Assembly (NCBI GenBank): GCA_964576115.1
Contig: CAZNUA010000014.1
Location: forward strand, 1-64,000
Reading direction: 5' to 3'
Length of the DNA: 64,000 nt
Source: an uncultured Gemmatimonadota bacterium
Lineage (GTDB): Bacteria; Blakebacterota; Blakebacteria; Blakebacterales; Blakebacteraceae
This document shows, piece after piece, positions 49,874 to 58,768 of the stretch. The first letter of the stretch is position 1; every line of letters begins with the position of its first letter. Under the pieces are notes generated by a model that was not told the DNA's origin, did no database searches, and was given only the letters and a program-made list of their open reading frames with translations. The translations under genes and the position numbers were made by a program.

Positions 49874-51187
49874 TTATTCGGGGTACGCCAATCCCCGGGC
49901 CAGCGGCCGGATCGCATAGACGCAGAGTTCGACGGCCCCGGTTTCTTCATCCTCCCGACGCAGTAGAAACCGCCCGCGGCAGGATCGCCGGAACTGGTCG
50001 CTCGGCGGCACCGTCGTCAAACCGAGGTACTCACCCTCGGGGCTGACGATCCGGTAGGCGACGGCATTGTTACCGGGGATAAAGTCGGAAAAATCGGGCA
50101 GCCGCAGCCAGAGATAGCCTGCCTCGTCGAGCTGGATGTTGGTCCAGGCCGCCTTGGCTGCCGGCATGTCGTCGAAGGCCTTTCGCTGAGCCTCGAGCAT
50201 ACCCTGCAGAAGCGGAATATCGCTGGCTTCGATCTGCTCCCGCAGAGCCGTCTGGATCCGTTCTTTTTCTTCAGCAGTCGGCGCTTCGGGCTGCAGCTCG
50301 AGCCTGACCCGGCGGGTCACGGCGCCGGTCAGGAGATCGCGGTATTCCAGTTCGGGCCCGGCCCCGCTGCTCATGACCAGTCCGTAGACCGGGCTGAAGG
50401 CGGCATCGGGATAGGGCGCGAAGGGGATCGAGGTCATCAGTTCCATCTCCTCCCCCTCCACGGTGACTGTCTCGTAGGTCCAGAGGGGCACGCGCTCGGT
50501 GGTATGCGACCAGAGGGTATCACCCCCGGCCGCCCAGACCGTCACGGTCACCGCCGCATCGTCCCCCCGGGCGGGCCAGACGGCGGTATCGAAACGGTGC
50601 AGCAGAGAGTGACCCGGGGCCGGTTCGGCGAAACCGCGCACGTTCGAGACCAGATCGCCCCCCGGCAGGCGGCGGTCCTCGAACAGGGTGCCGTCGGTAC
50701 GGTAGCGCACGACCCGGTGGCGGGAGCCATCGACAGTGGTTACGATTCCGTCTCGGACCACCGGTACCCCCACCGATTCGAACTCGCCGGGTCCCTGCCC
50801 CTGCCGACCGAAAGAGCGCTCATAGCGGCCGTCGGGACCAAAGACCGCGATCCGGTCATTGCCCGTATCGGCCACATAGAAACGACCCGCTTCATCCATC
50901 GTGAACCCACCCGGCCGGTTGAGCAGCGACTGCTCGCGCTCGTCTTCGCGCAGAATCAGCAGCAGATCGTACGCGAAGAGTTCTTCCGCATAGCGCGGCC
51001 CGCCGGTGGAAACAGCAACCGGGATGCCTGCTTCCAATGCGATCGAGAAGGCATGCTTGCCGCTGCGATCGGCGGAACAGGCGCTCAACAACCCTATCGA
51101 GAGAACACCTGCCAGAACGGGAAGCAGGATAGGGATCAGAAAGGGAACCAGAACATCAGACAGCGTAGAAACTCTCCGGATCGACAC
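49874..51187 (-). CDS. 6-bladed beta-propeller lipoprotein
   Basis: Lipobox LLSAC; FGRQGQGPGEF; SPEGEYLG; ends LAYPE; GTG 51187 with GAGGAGG. Confidence 0.8.
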   Translation of the reverse strand: MSIRRVSTLSDVLVPFLIPILLPVLAGVLSIGLLSACSADRSGKHAFSIALEAGIPVAVSTGGPRYAEELFAYDLLLILREDEREQSLLNRPGGFTMDEAGRFYVADTGNDRIAVFGPDGRYERSFGRQGQGPGEFESVGVPVVRDGIVTTVDGSRHRVVRYRTDGTLFEDRRLPGGDLVSNVRGFAEPAPGHSLLHRFDTAVWPARGDDAAVTVTVWAAGGDTLWSHTTERVPLWTYETVTVEGEEMELMTSIPFAPYPDAAFSPVYGLVMSSGAGPELEYRDLLTGAVTRRVRLELQPEAPTAEEKERIQTALREQIEASDIPLLQGMLEAQRKAFDDMPAAKAAWTNIQLDEAGYLWLRLPDFSDFIPGNNAVAYRIVSPEGEYLGLTTVPPSDQFRRSCRGRFLLRREDEETGAVELCVYAIRPLARGLAYPE

Positions 51188-51198
51188 TGCTGTCCTCC

Positions 51199-52353
51199 TC
51201 AGAAGAGATGTCCGAAGTTGAAGTAGAAACCGGTGTTTTTCTCCCCCCAGTCGTCCCGCCCGAAACCGATATCCATCCGCACGACGAAGGTCTCCATGTA
51301 GAACCGCAGGCCCAGTGCCAGGTTCCACGCCCAGCCATCGAAGTCGAACTTGCTGGCCATATTCCAGACCTTGCCGGCATCGACTCCAGCCACCGCCCCG
51401 AAGCGCCAGACGAGCGGGAACCGGATCTCGGCGTTCACCAGCGCAGAGGCCGAATCGAGGAACCGGTCCTGAGCCATGCCCCGCATGGTGTTGACTCCCC
51501 CGATCGGCAACAGTACCTGAACCGGCAGGTCGCCCCCCTCCAGGTCGCGGGCGATGCCCCGGAAGGCGAAAACGACATCGGGGGCGATAAGAGGCCGGTA
51601 GTACTGCAGGGTGGCCGTATACCGGGTGTGGGGGACATCGTTGGTTCGAAAGTCGGGGATGTTCTCGACCTCGGCCTGCAGGACGATTCCCCGCGAGGGG
51701 TTGATATAACTGTCACGGGTGTCGTAGCGGAAGGTGACGAAGACCGAGGTGTTGGTGACCCGGCCCCGGTGCCGGGGGTGCAGAGTATAGAAGAGACTGT
51801 CCTCTTCGAAATTGAAGTTGCGCACCGTGCGAAAGCGCACTCCCACCTGCCCCACCAGCTGCGCGGTGAAGCCCCGGCTCAGAGTCAGCGCCGCTTCCGA
51901 AATCTCCTTGGTGTACCGTTCCTCATCACTGAACCGGGACCAGCTCCCGAGCCCGAAGAACTTGTTCTTGATGTACTTGTCGTATTCCAGAGAAAGATCG
52001 AGCGACAGGGGGTAAACCGTGCCCTGGCGCAGTTCGAAATCGGGCACTGAGAAAACCAGCTTGTACCAGCGCTCACCGCCGGTGGAGTTGAAGGCGATCA
52101 GATCGAACGACTCCTGTCGGCCCAGGGTATTGAGAACGAACACCTTGGCCCCGTACCCGAAGCCGATATCGGTGTCGTACATCGCGATCGGCATGGGTTC
52201 GATGCGGGATTGCGGGGCAGCAGCGGTCCGGGCCTGATCACGGATACGGTTGATCGAGTGATCCTGGGCGGTGACCTGCGAGAACGGCAGAAACAGTACC
52301 AACAGCAGTGATATCCAGAATCTCGCTGTACGATGGACTGAAGCGGCACTCAT
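51199..52353 (-). CDS. Omp85/BamA-TamA-family beta-barrel protein without recognisable POTRA domains
   Basis: Signal peptide; YDTRD, GGVNTMRG, NAEIRFP, GLGLR-like motif, terminal Phe; only 384 aa. Confidence 0.8.
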   Translation of the reverse strand: MSAASVHRTARFWISLLLVLFLPFSQVTAQDHSINRIRDQARTAAAPQSRIEPMPIAMYDTDIGFGYGAKVFVLNTLGRQESFDLIAFNSTGGERWYKLVFSVPDFELRQGTVYPLSLDLSLEYDKYIKNKFFGLGSWSRFSDEERYTKEISEAALTLSRGFTAQLVGQVGVRFRTVRNFNFEEDSLFYTLHPRHRGRVTNTSVFVTFRYDTRDSYINPSRGIVLQAEVENIPDFRTNDVPHTRYTATLQYYRPLIAPDVVFAFRGIARDLEGGDLPVQVLLPIGGVNTMRGMAQDRFLDSASALVNAEIRFPLVWRFGAVAGVDAGKVWNMASKFDFDGWAWNLALGLRFYMETFVVRMDIGFGRDDWGEKNTGFYFNFGHLF

Positions 52354-52528
52354 GAACCTGTCTCGTTGTTCTCTGTTAAGCTTCGATATTCGGATGAAAA
52401 GTCTGAGCTACTGTATCACATGTTTAAACGCGGTCCTATTGTCATCCGTCACTCCCCCTGCTATGCTGCGCTGCGGCCCTCCAGTGTATTGACAGTCCCC
52501 CCTGTCACGCCAGATCGAGGAGTATGCC

Positions 52529-53797
52529 ATGCGTACTCTCACCCCTGTGGGACTCTTTTTCTGTCTGCTGTCTTTTCTGACTGGATGTTCTTCAGAACAA
52601 TCGACTCCCGATGACCGGCATCGGTTCACGGTCACCGCAAAGAACGGAATCGAAACCGCCGTGACGACCGGCGGACCGGCTTTCGACGGTGAACTCTTTC
52701 GCTACGAGCACGTTCTGACACTGCAGGAAGATGAAGCGCGGGCAGAATCTCTCTTGAGCCGTCCATCTGTCTTCACACGCGACGAAAACGGCGATCATTA
52801 CGTCATCGATTCCGCTCAGAAACGGATCGTCGTCTTTGATCGTGAGGGCCGGTATGCCCGCTGCTTCGGCCGGAGGGGAGAGGGTCCGGGTGAATTCCGG
52901 TACATGATGCTGCAGTATGTCCGGGGGGGTATCGTATCCATCTGGGACTATATGACCGGCCGCCTGACCCGCCTGCACACCGACGGGACCTTGCACGATA
53001 TCGTTCGCAAACCGCTCGACTTCGAATATGTGCCGCGGGGAGTCTGGCGGACAGACGAGAACGGCCTGGTGGTCATGCGCCCTTTTCTCGTCGGCTCGGA
53101 TTCCACCAGTGTCACAGTCGCCTCCTACGACGCCGGGGACCGGTTGATCGCAACGCTCCAGTCGCCTGAACTGTTCGATACTGTCCATCTCATGAGCACC
53201 ATCGTGGGCCGCACCGTCAGCAACCCCATCCCCTTTGCTCCTTTCCCAACGGCAACCTACCGGCCGGGGCGGGGGATCCTCGTCAGTCCGGCACATCGTC
53301 CGGTCCTGCAGTGGTACGATACCCGCGGGGAACTCCTTTCTCTGATCGAGATCGATTGTGAGGACACACTGGTTACTGCTGAGGATCAGAAGAAGTTCAC
53401 CCGCCTGTGGGCCGACCGCCTGGAGGAACATCCCGAACTGTCAGAAAACATCCGGACCTTTGGCAATACGGCTCTTCTCCCGCAGAAAAAGGCAGCCTGG
53501 ACGTTCATCCACATCGATGATGCAGGGTATTACTGGCTGCGGTGCAACGATCAGCCCTACCTGGATTATGCCGTCACCGAGGGATACCGTTACTACCTGC
53601 TCAGCCCCGAGGGGGAGTATCTGGGTATCACCCGCACTCCACCCGAACAGCTGCCCAACGAAGCCCAGTGCCACCTCATACCGGTCTCGGTGGCTCACGG
53701 GTATTACATGGGTATCAGCGATGATCCGGACACCGGCGAGAAACGCCTGCAGGTGTACCGGCTCGTCCCGGAAGCAGAGGGATTCCGGTACCCCTGA
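52529..53797 (+). CDS. 6-bladed beta-propeller lipoprotein
   Basis: Lipobox LTGC; FGRRGEGPGEF; SPEGEYLG; ends FRYP. Confidence 0.8.
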   Translation: MRTLTPVGLFFCLLSFLTGCSSEQSTPDDRHRFTVTAKNGIETAVTTGGPAFDGELFRYEHVLTLQEDEARAESLLSRPSVFTRDENGDHYVIDSAQKRIVVFDREGRYARCFGRRGEGPGEFRYMMLQYVRGGIVSIWDYMTGRLTRLHTDGTLHDIVRKPLDFEYVPRGVWRTDENGLVVMRPFLVGSDSTSVTVASYDAGDRLIATLQSPELFDTVHLMSTIVGRTVSNPIPFAPFPTATYRPGRGILVSPAHRPVLQWYDTRGELLSLIEIDCEDTLVTAEDQKKFTRLWADRLEEHPELSENIRTFGNTALLPQKKAAWTFIHIDDAGYYWLRCNDQPYLDYAVTEGYRYYLLSPEGEYLGITRTPPEQLPNEAQCHLIPVSVAHGYYMGISDDPDTGEKRLQVYRLVPEAEGFRYP

Positions 53798-53903
53798 GAG
53801 ATGATCCCGACTGGCCGCGAACCGATACGGACGGTAGAATGGCTCGAACACGTGGACTGTTCTGTGTGCCGCTCATCGCGTTTCCATGAACGGGAGGCCC
53901 CCC

Positions 53904-54434
53904 GTGGCCGACGAGCCGGAGATCCTCTTCACGACAGCCGAGATCGAAGCCGCCGTCAGCCGGATAGCCGGCGAGATCAGCCGGGACTACGCCGGCGGCA
54001 AGCCCCTGCTGATCGGGGTGCTCAAGGGCGCCTTCGTCTTTCTTGCCGACCTGGTGCGTCACCTCACCATCGGTGTCGAGATCGATTTCGTGAAACTATC
54101 CAGTTACGGCACCGGCATGGAGAGTTCGGGCGAGGTACGTACCGTGGCCGGTCTGGAGCAGTCGCTGGAGGGCCGGGATGTGATCGTGGTCGAAGATATC
54201 GTCGACTCGGGGCTGACTCTCAATCATTTCCTCGACGATCTGCGCGCCCGCGGCCCGGCCTCGGTTGCGCTCTGCGTGCTGGTCGACAAACTGGCCCGGC
54301 GCGAGTGCGAGGTGACGATCGATTATATGGGCATGCAGATCGACGACGAGTTCGTGGTCGGCTACGGCATCGACTGTAACGAGCAATACCGCTACCTGCC
54401 CGACATCCGCTTCGTGCGGGAGATTCCGGAATGA
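53904..54434 (+). CDS. hpt: Hypoxanthine phosphoribosyltransferase
   Basis: VLKGAFVFLADL, SSYG, VEDIVDSGLTL, FVVGYGID..YRYLP; GTG 53904 (ATG 53886 alternative). Confidence 0.95.
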   Translation: MADEPEILFTTAEIEAAVSRIAGEISRDYAGGKPLLIGVLKGAFVFLADLVRHLTIGVEIDFVKLSSYGTGMESSGEVRTVAGLEQSLEGRDVIVVEDIVDSGLTLNHFLDDLRARGPASVALCVLVDKLARRECEVTIDYMGMQIDDEFVVGYGIDCNEQYRYLPDIRFVREIPE

Positions 54435-56128
54435 AAGATCTGATCGAGTATGCCCGGGGGACATGGCCGGCAAAGATTCTGCTCACCAATGCCCGGGCCG
54501 TGAACGTCTTCACCGGCGAGATCGAGACCGCGAATATTGCCCTGGCCACGGGTTGGATCGTCGGAGTCGGCGATTATACCGAGGGCGAGGAGGTCATCGA
54601 CCTCGAGGGCGCCTATGTCTATCCCGCCCTGATCAACGGGCATATCCATCCCGAGAGTTCGATGCTGCACCCGGTCACGTACGCCGAAACGGTGGTTCCG
54701 CGCGGTGTGGGCGGCATCGTTACCGACCTGCACGAGATCGCCAATGTGGCCGGCCTGAAGGGCATCCGCTGGATGCTGGATGCCTGGAAATACCTGCCGC
54801 TCGAAGTGTACTTCATGGTTCCCTCCTGCGTTCCGGCCACCGACCTGGAAACCGCCGGGGCCCGGATCGGCAATCGCCAGATGATCGACGCCTACGGGTG
54901 GGATGAAACGACCGGTATCGGTGAAGTGATGAACTTCCCCGGTGTGATCAACTGTGTCGGCGACGTTCTCGGCAAGCTGTATCTCGGCAAAGGTACTATC
55001 GACGGGCACGCCCCCGGTCTGTCGGGACGGGATCTGAACGCCTACATCGCGGCCGGGATCGATTCCGATCATGAGTGCACTAGGCTCGAGGAAGCCCGCG
55101 AGAAGCTGGCCCGCGGGATGTATATCATGATCAGGGAGGGTTCATCGGAAAAGAACCTCGAGACGCTCCTCCCGCTGGTGAACGACGCCACCTGGCCTCG
55201 CTGCCTCTTCGTGGTGGATGACCGCAATTGCACCGATCTCGGAACCGACGGCGACATCGACGCCGTGGTGCGCACAGCGATCGAACTCGGTCTCGATCCG
55301 ATACGCGCCATCCAGATGGCGACCATCACTCCGGCCCGGCGCTTCCGGCTTTCCGGGCAGGGAGCGATCGCGCCCGGCTACTGCGCCCACCTGGCGGTGA
55401 CTCATGATCTGGAAACCCTGATCCCCCACCTGGTCTTCCACAGCGGCCGGGTGGTGGCACGTGACGGCGAAGCCTGTTTCCGGGAACTGCCCGAAGAGAT
55501 CGATGACGCTCCCATGCGCCGGTTCATGTCCGTGGCCCCCTTTACCGTCGAGGATCTGGCGATTCCGGCCGAGAACCGGTACCACCCCGTCATCGGTATC
55601 ATCCCGGGACAGATCGTGACCGAGAAACGCGAACTCGAGCCCCTGATCGAAAACGGGCAGGTGGTTCCCGATCTCGATCGCGACCTGCTGAAACTGATCG
55701 TCGTGGAACGCCACCAGGGAACCGGCAACATCGGCAAGGGACTGGTCCAGGGAGTGGGTCTGAAACGGGGCGCTCTGGCCACCTCGGTCGGGCATGACTC
55801 GCACAACATCATCGCCGTGGGAACCACCGATGCCGATCTGTATGCAGCCGTCAAGGAAGTCGAGCGTCTGGGCGGTGGGCTTGTGGCCATGGCCGACGGC
55901 GAACCGCTGGCCGCCCTGCCCCTGCCCCTGGCCGGCCTGCTCTCCGATCAACCGCTCGAAGTGGTCACCGATCAGCACAAGCAGGTCGAGGCCGCCGCCC
56001 GCGAGCTGGGCGCCGGTCTCGATGCACCCTTCGACACCCTGAGCTTCCTGGCTCTGCCGGTGATCCCCGAACTCAAACTCACCGACCGGGGCCTGGTGGA
56101 CGTGACCGCATTCCGGCTGCTTGATTGA
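54431..56128 (+). CDS. ade: Adenine deaminase
   Basis: GHIHPESS, GEVMNFPGV, DGHAP, SDHEC, IREGS, HDSHN, LPVIPELKLTDRGL. Confidence 0.95.
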   Translation: MKDLIEYARGTWPAKILLTNARAVNVFTGEIETANIALATGWIVGVGDYTEGEEVIDLEGAYVYPALINGHIHPESSMLHPVTYAETVVPRGVGGIVTDLHEIANVAGLKGIRWMLDAWKYLPLEVYFMVPSCVPATDLETAGARIGNRQMIDAYGWDETTGIGEVMNFPGVINCVGDVLGKLYLGKGTIDGHAPGLSGRDLNAYIAAGIDSDHECTRLEEAREKLARGMYIMIREGSSEKNLETLLPLVNDATWPRCLFVVDDRNCTDLGTDGDIDAVVRTAIELGLDPIRAIQMATITPARRFRLSGQGAIAPGYCAHLAVTHDLETLIPHLVFHSGRVVARDGEACFRELPEEIDDAPMRRFMSVAPFTVEDLAIPAENRYHPVIGIIPGQIVTEKRELEPLIENGQVVPDLDRDLLKLIVVERHQGTGNIGKGLVQGVGLKRGALATSVGHDSHNIIAVGTTDADLYAAVKEVERLGGGLVAMADGEPLAALPLPLAGLLSDQPLEVVTDQHKQVEAAARELGAGLDAPFDTLSFLALPVIPELKLTDRGLVDVTAFRLLD

Positions 56129-56141
56129 GGAGGCAACACGT

Positions 56142-56600
56142 ATGAACGTATTTGATGAATTCGATCGCCTTGTTCGAGATCTGGAAGAACAGGGGGTGAG
56201 GTATGCTCTCGTTGGAGGTGTTGCCGTGGCATTCTATACCGAACCACGTTTCACAAGGGATATCGACCTCCTTGTCGAACCGGATGACTTTGAAACAACC
56301 AGGATCATTCTCGAAACAGCAGGGTATTTCGAATCGTCGTCACCATGGACTTTCTCCAACACACTGATCACCCTCCACCGCTTCCTGAAAACAAGCGATG
56401 AGGGGGAGATGATGATCGACATCCTCCTGCCGGGTTCGGACGAAATCAGAGAGATGATATCTCATGCTGTCCTGGCTGAATCAGCCGAGGGTTCTGTCAG
56501 GCTGGTGAGCCGGGAGGATCTGATCCAACTCAAGAGAGCCCGTGGTTCGAAACAGGATCAAGCCGATATCGAAAAACTGGAGCAAACAGAGAATGATTGA
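56142..56600 (+). CDS. Minimal nucleotidyltransferase-fold protein (AbiEii/DUF6036-like)
   Basis: YALVGGVAV..PRFTRDIDLL, IDIL, EDLIQLK..KQDQADI; GAGGAGG RBS; less GC-rich than its neighbours. Confidence 0.78.
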   Translation: MNVFDEFDRLVRDLEEQGVRYALVGGVAVAFYTEPRFTRDIDLLVEPDDFETTRIILETAGYFESSSPWTFSNTLITLHRFLKTSDEGEMMIDILLPGSDEIREMISHAVLAESAEGSVRLVSREDLIQLKRARGSKQDQADIEKLEQTEND

Positions 56601-56724
56601 GATTCTTAAACAACTCAGCGACCTCTATGAATTCAACCGTCGTATCCAGGCTTACACAATCAAGGAGGATGAATCATCTGACGACGGGGAAGAACTTTCT
56701 GCTTCCGACCAGGATCGTCAGTGA
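56593..56724 (+). CDS. Small acidic hypothetical protein (43 aa), possible partner of the nucleotidyltransferase
   Basis: ATG overlaps the upstream stop by 8 bp; MIEILKQLSDLYEFNRRIQ followed by an acidic tail. Confidence 0.35.
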   Translation: MIEILKQLSDLYEFNRRIQAYTIKEDESSDDGEELSASDQDRQ

Positions 56725-56782
56725 TACATATCGTCTCGCAGCCCAGAACTGCTACGTTATACCCTGTTGAGAGGATATTCGT

Positions 56783-56823
56783 GCCGGGGTGGCGGAATTG
56801 GTAGACGCCGGGGACTTAAAATC
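56783..56823 (+). pseudogene. 5' half of tRNA-Leu(UAA), truncated just after the anticodon loop (att site)
   Basis: GCCGGGG-TG-GCGGAATTGGTAGACGC-C-GGGGA-CTTAAAA-TC, then GGG instead of CCC; no T-arm or 3' acceptor strand follows. Confidence 0.9.
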
Positions 56824-56853
56824 GGGCAGAGAGCTCTTTGCCCCTGATCGCTT

Positions 56854-56903
56854 GAGGCGGCCCGAGGCCCGTAGAATAAGGGTTTCGGGCCGCTTCTTGT
56901 TTC
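56854..56903 (+). terminator. Long hairpin with T-rich tail, terminator-like
   Basis: GAGGCGGCCCGAGGCCC / GGGTTTCGGGCCGCTTC (with G-U pairs), then TTGTTT. Confidence 0.55.
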
Positions 56904-56940
56904 GCCCGAGTTGTGCTATAATTGACCCTGTTTGCCCCTG

Positions 56941-56962
56941 TTTGGGACACATTTGGGGCACA
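56941..56962. repeat. Tandem 11-bp direct repeat TTTGGG(A/G)CACA, candidate integrase arm-type sites
   Basis: TTTGGGACACA + TTTGGGGCACA about 120 bp inside the att core. Confidence 0.6.
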
Positions 56963-57002
56963 TATTTGATATTTGAAGCTACCACTATCGACTGGAGATA
57001 CT

Positions 57003-57476
57003 GTGCCTGATCCCTTCGGCATTATCAATTCCGTTGTCTCATGGATATTGTCCATTATCGGCCTTCAGAGGAAGGAGCGTCCACACCCCGGAATTGATAT
57101 CAACTGGTGGGCACGTGACCAGAATTTCAATAAACGTGGAGATAGCGTTGTTGTTATCAGCCCGTACTTGTATGACGAACCGACAATAGGAGTTAAAGTA
57201 ACTGTTGAGAATTATGAACCGATCCCCTTCATCGTCGATGCAATTGAAGTTGAAGTATTTTCGATTGACGATCGATCGAACTGTGGTGGTGCTATCTGGC
57301 AAGGACCAAGGGAAGTGACGTTGACGAGATCTTGCCAAGAGGTTCTAGAAATCCCAACAAGAACATTTAATACCCCTCTCGACACTCTCCCACATGCCCA
57401 GAAAATACGGGGCATTGTACGAGTGTATATTGTTGGATTACGAAAGCCTATTGAGCGCCCATTACCTGTGGAGTGA
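57003..57476 (+). CDS. AT-rich cargo hypothetical protein, hydrophobic N-terminus, beta-rich
   Basis: GTG at 57003 after GGAG; 4-bp overlap with the next gene; no family recognised. Confidence 0.65.
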   Translation: MPDPFGIINSVVSWILSIIGLQRKERPHPGIDINWWARDQNFNKRGDSVVVISPYLYDEPTIGVKVTVENYEPIPFIVDAIEVEVFSIDDRSNCGGAIWQGPREVTLTRSCQEVLEIPTRTFNTPLDTLPHAQKIRGIVRVYIVGLRKPIERPLPVE

Positions 57477-58054
57477 CCGATATGTGGATTGAAATCATAG
57501 TAGCACTTATCGGATTACTTGGTGTTCTCATCGGAGCAGAAATATCCATACATTCACAGAAGATTCAGCGACGACAAGCCAGGTATCGGGAACAGCTGGA
57601 CCAGTTCTATTCACCAATGTTTGCCTGGAGGTCATTCATTGATGCAAAAGGTAGAACAAGGATAAAGATAAACGAGGCGGCTGATTCTACCTGGCGGGAT
57701 CTTGTCGCTCGATCGAGACCAAATATCGAACAGATGTATGAGTTGACTGAAGAGCGAGGCCCAGAATTTCAACGAATAGAGGACGAGACAAACCGAATAT
57801 TTAAAGAGGAGATATTCCCTCAATATCAAAAGATGGTTCAGCATTTTATTGATCATTATTCCTTAGCAGAACCAAGCACACAGACACACCTTATTACTCT
57901 TGTAGAGTTTGTAGAAATATGGGAAAGGTGGTTGCAGGAAACAATTCCCTGGGATGTAATGAGAAATATTAACAATAATGAAGAAAAATTACTCCCGTTT
58001 TACGAAGATCTTCAGACCCAATTGAATCGACTCCAGTGTAAATTGGTGAAGTAG
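57473..58054 (+). CDS. AT-rich cargo hypothetical protein with N-terminal TM helix and helical body
   Basis: IEIIVALIGLLGVLIGA TM segment; 193-aa open frame in AT-rich DNA. Confidence 0.75.
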   Translation: MTDMWIEIIVALIGLLGVLIGAEISIHSQKIQRRQARYREQLDQFYSPMFAWRSFIDAKGRTRIKINEAADSTWRDLVARSRPNIEQMYELTEERGPEFQRIEDETNRIFKEEIFPQYQKMVQHFIDHYSLAEPSTQTHLITLVEFVEIWERWLQETIPWDVMRNINNNEEKLLPFYEDLQTQLNRLQCKLVK

Positions 58055-58189
58055 TCTCTTCCAAGAAAGACGGCTCCTGCGCCCCGCCTCAGATCTTTTT
58101 CTTCTTTTCTGTTGTCCTGAGTTAGCCTGAGTTATATGCCCCGACTATTTTTCTTCCCTTCTGTCAGAGACCACCCGTAGTATGGCCGC

Positions 58190-58560
58190 AGAGCCCCGCA
58201 GAGGGTTTCCTGATTGTTGACATACAGGGACTGCGCCGAGGCCCTTCCTACCCTCTGCGGGATCCGCCTCGGCGCTATCCCGATCTTGTGTGTGGTACCT
58301 CGGTACTGCCGGCTACCCAAGCCGATCTCTCCGTCAGGATGCACAATGACGTGAGTTGATCCTGAGCGAGGCCGACCGTCAGGGCCTAATCTGACTGGAG
58401 CAGCAACGTCCCCCATCGAGACGCCCCTTCGATGCGAGCTCAGGACACAACGACCGCCCGCCGCCGGGGCGTTGAATCGGCGCGTCTATGGGAGCCTACC
58501 GCCAGGCTTAACAGGCGAGACCAGAGAACGACCAGGCAATCAACCTTGTTCTGGAGGTCT
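58190..58560 (+). ncRNA. Candidate structured leader/ncRNA upstream of xis
   Basis: TAGTAT -10-like box at 58178; multiple perfect complementary segments (12, 10, 8, 7 bp); no convincing ORF. Confidence 0.4.
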
Positions 58561-58564
58561 TCCT

Positions 58565-58768
58565 ATGGGCGCTTCAACTACCCTGGAATTACTCGATGCA
58601 GAGGAAGTTGCAAAACTCCTTCACGTCTCCCTCGCGACTATCCGCAGTTGGACCAGTGAGGGCCGGATCCCCTTCTACAGAGTTGGCGGCCGTGCTGTTC
58701 GGTACGGCCGGGCCGAGATCTTGGACTGGCTGCAGTCTCAGCGTGTCGCGCCGAAAGCAGCGTCATGA
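58565..58768 (+). CDS. Excisionase/AlpA-like HTH DNA-binding protein
   Basis: LLDAEEVAKLLHVSLATIRSW..GRIPFYRVGGRAVRY..EILDWL; GGAGGT RBS. Confidence 0.9.
   Translation: MGASTTLELLDAEEVAKLLHVSLATIRSWTSEGRIPFYRVGGRAVRYGRAEILDWLQSQRVAPKAAS

Noticed and set aside
56783-56900. Intact tRNA-Leu, or tRNA-Leu(UAA) with a group I intron
   Set aside because: The anticodon loop is uninterrupted (the known intron inserts within the anticodon). No 3' exon, T-arm or acceptor strand was found downstream, and protein-coding genes follow.
58195-58275. HDV-like/theta ribozyme
   Set aside because: The helix order is suggestive, but I could not assign a convincing P3/L3 or the catalytic C-purine-A junction; kept only as a generic structured-RNA candidate.
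58132-58416. 94-aa minus-strand ORF as element repressor
   Set aside because: No HTH or other motif; it overlaps the structured leader.
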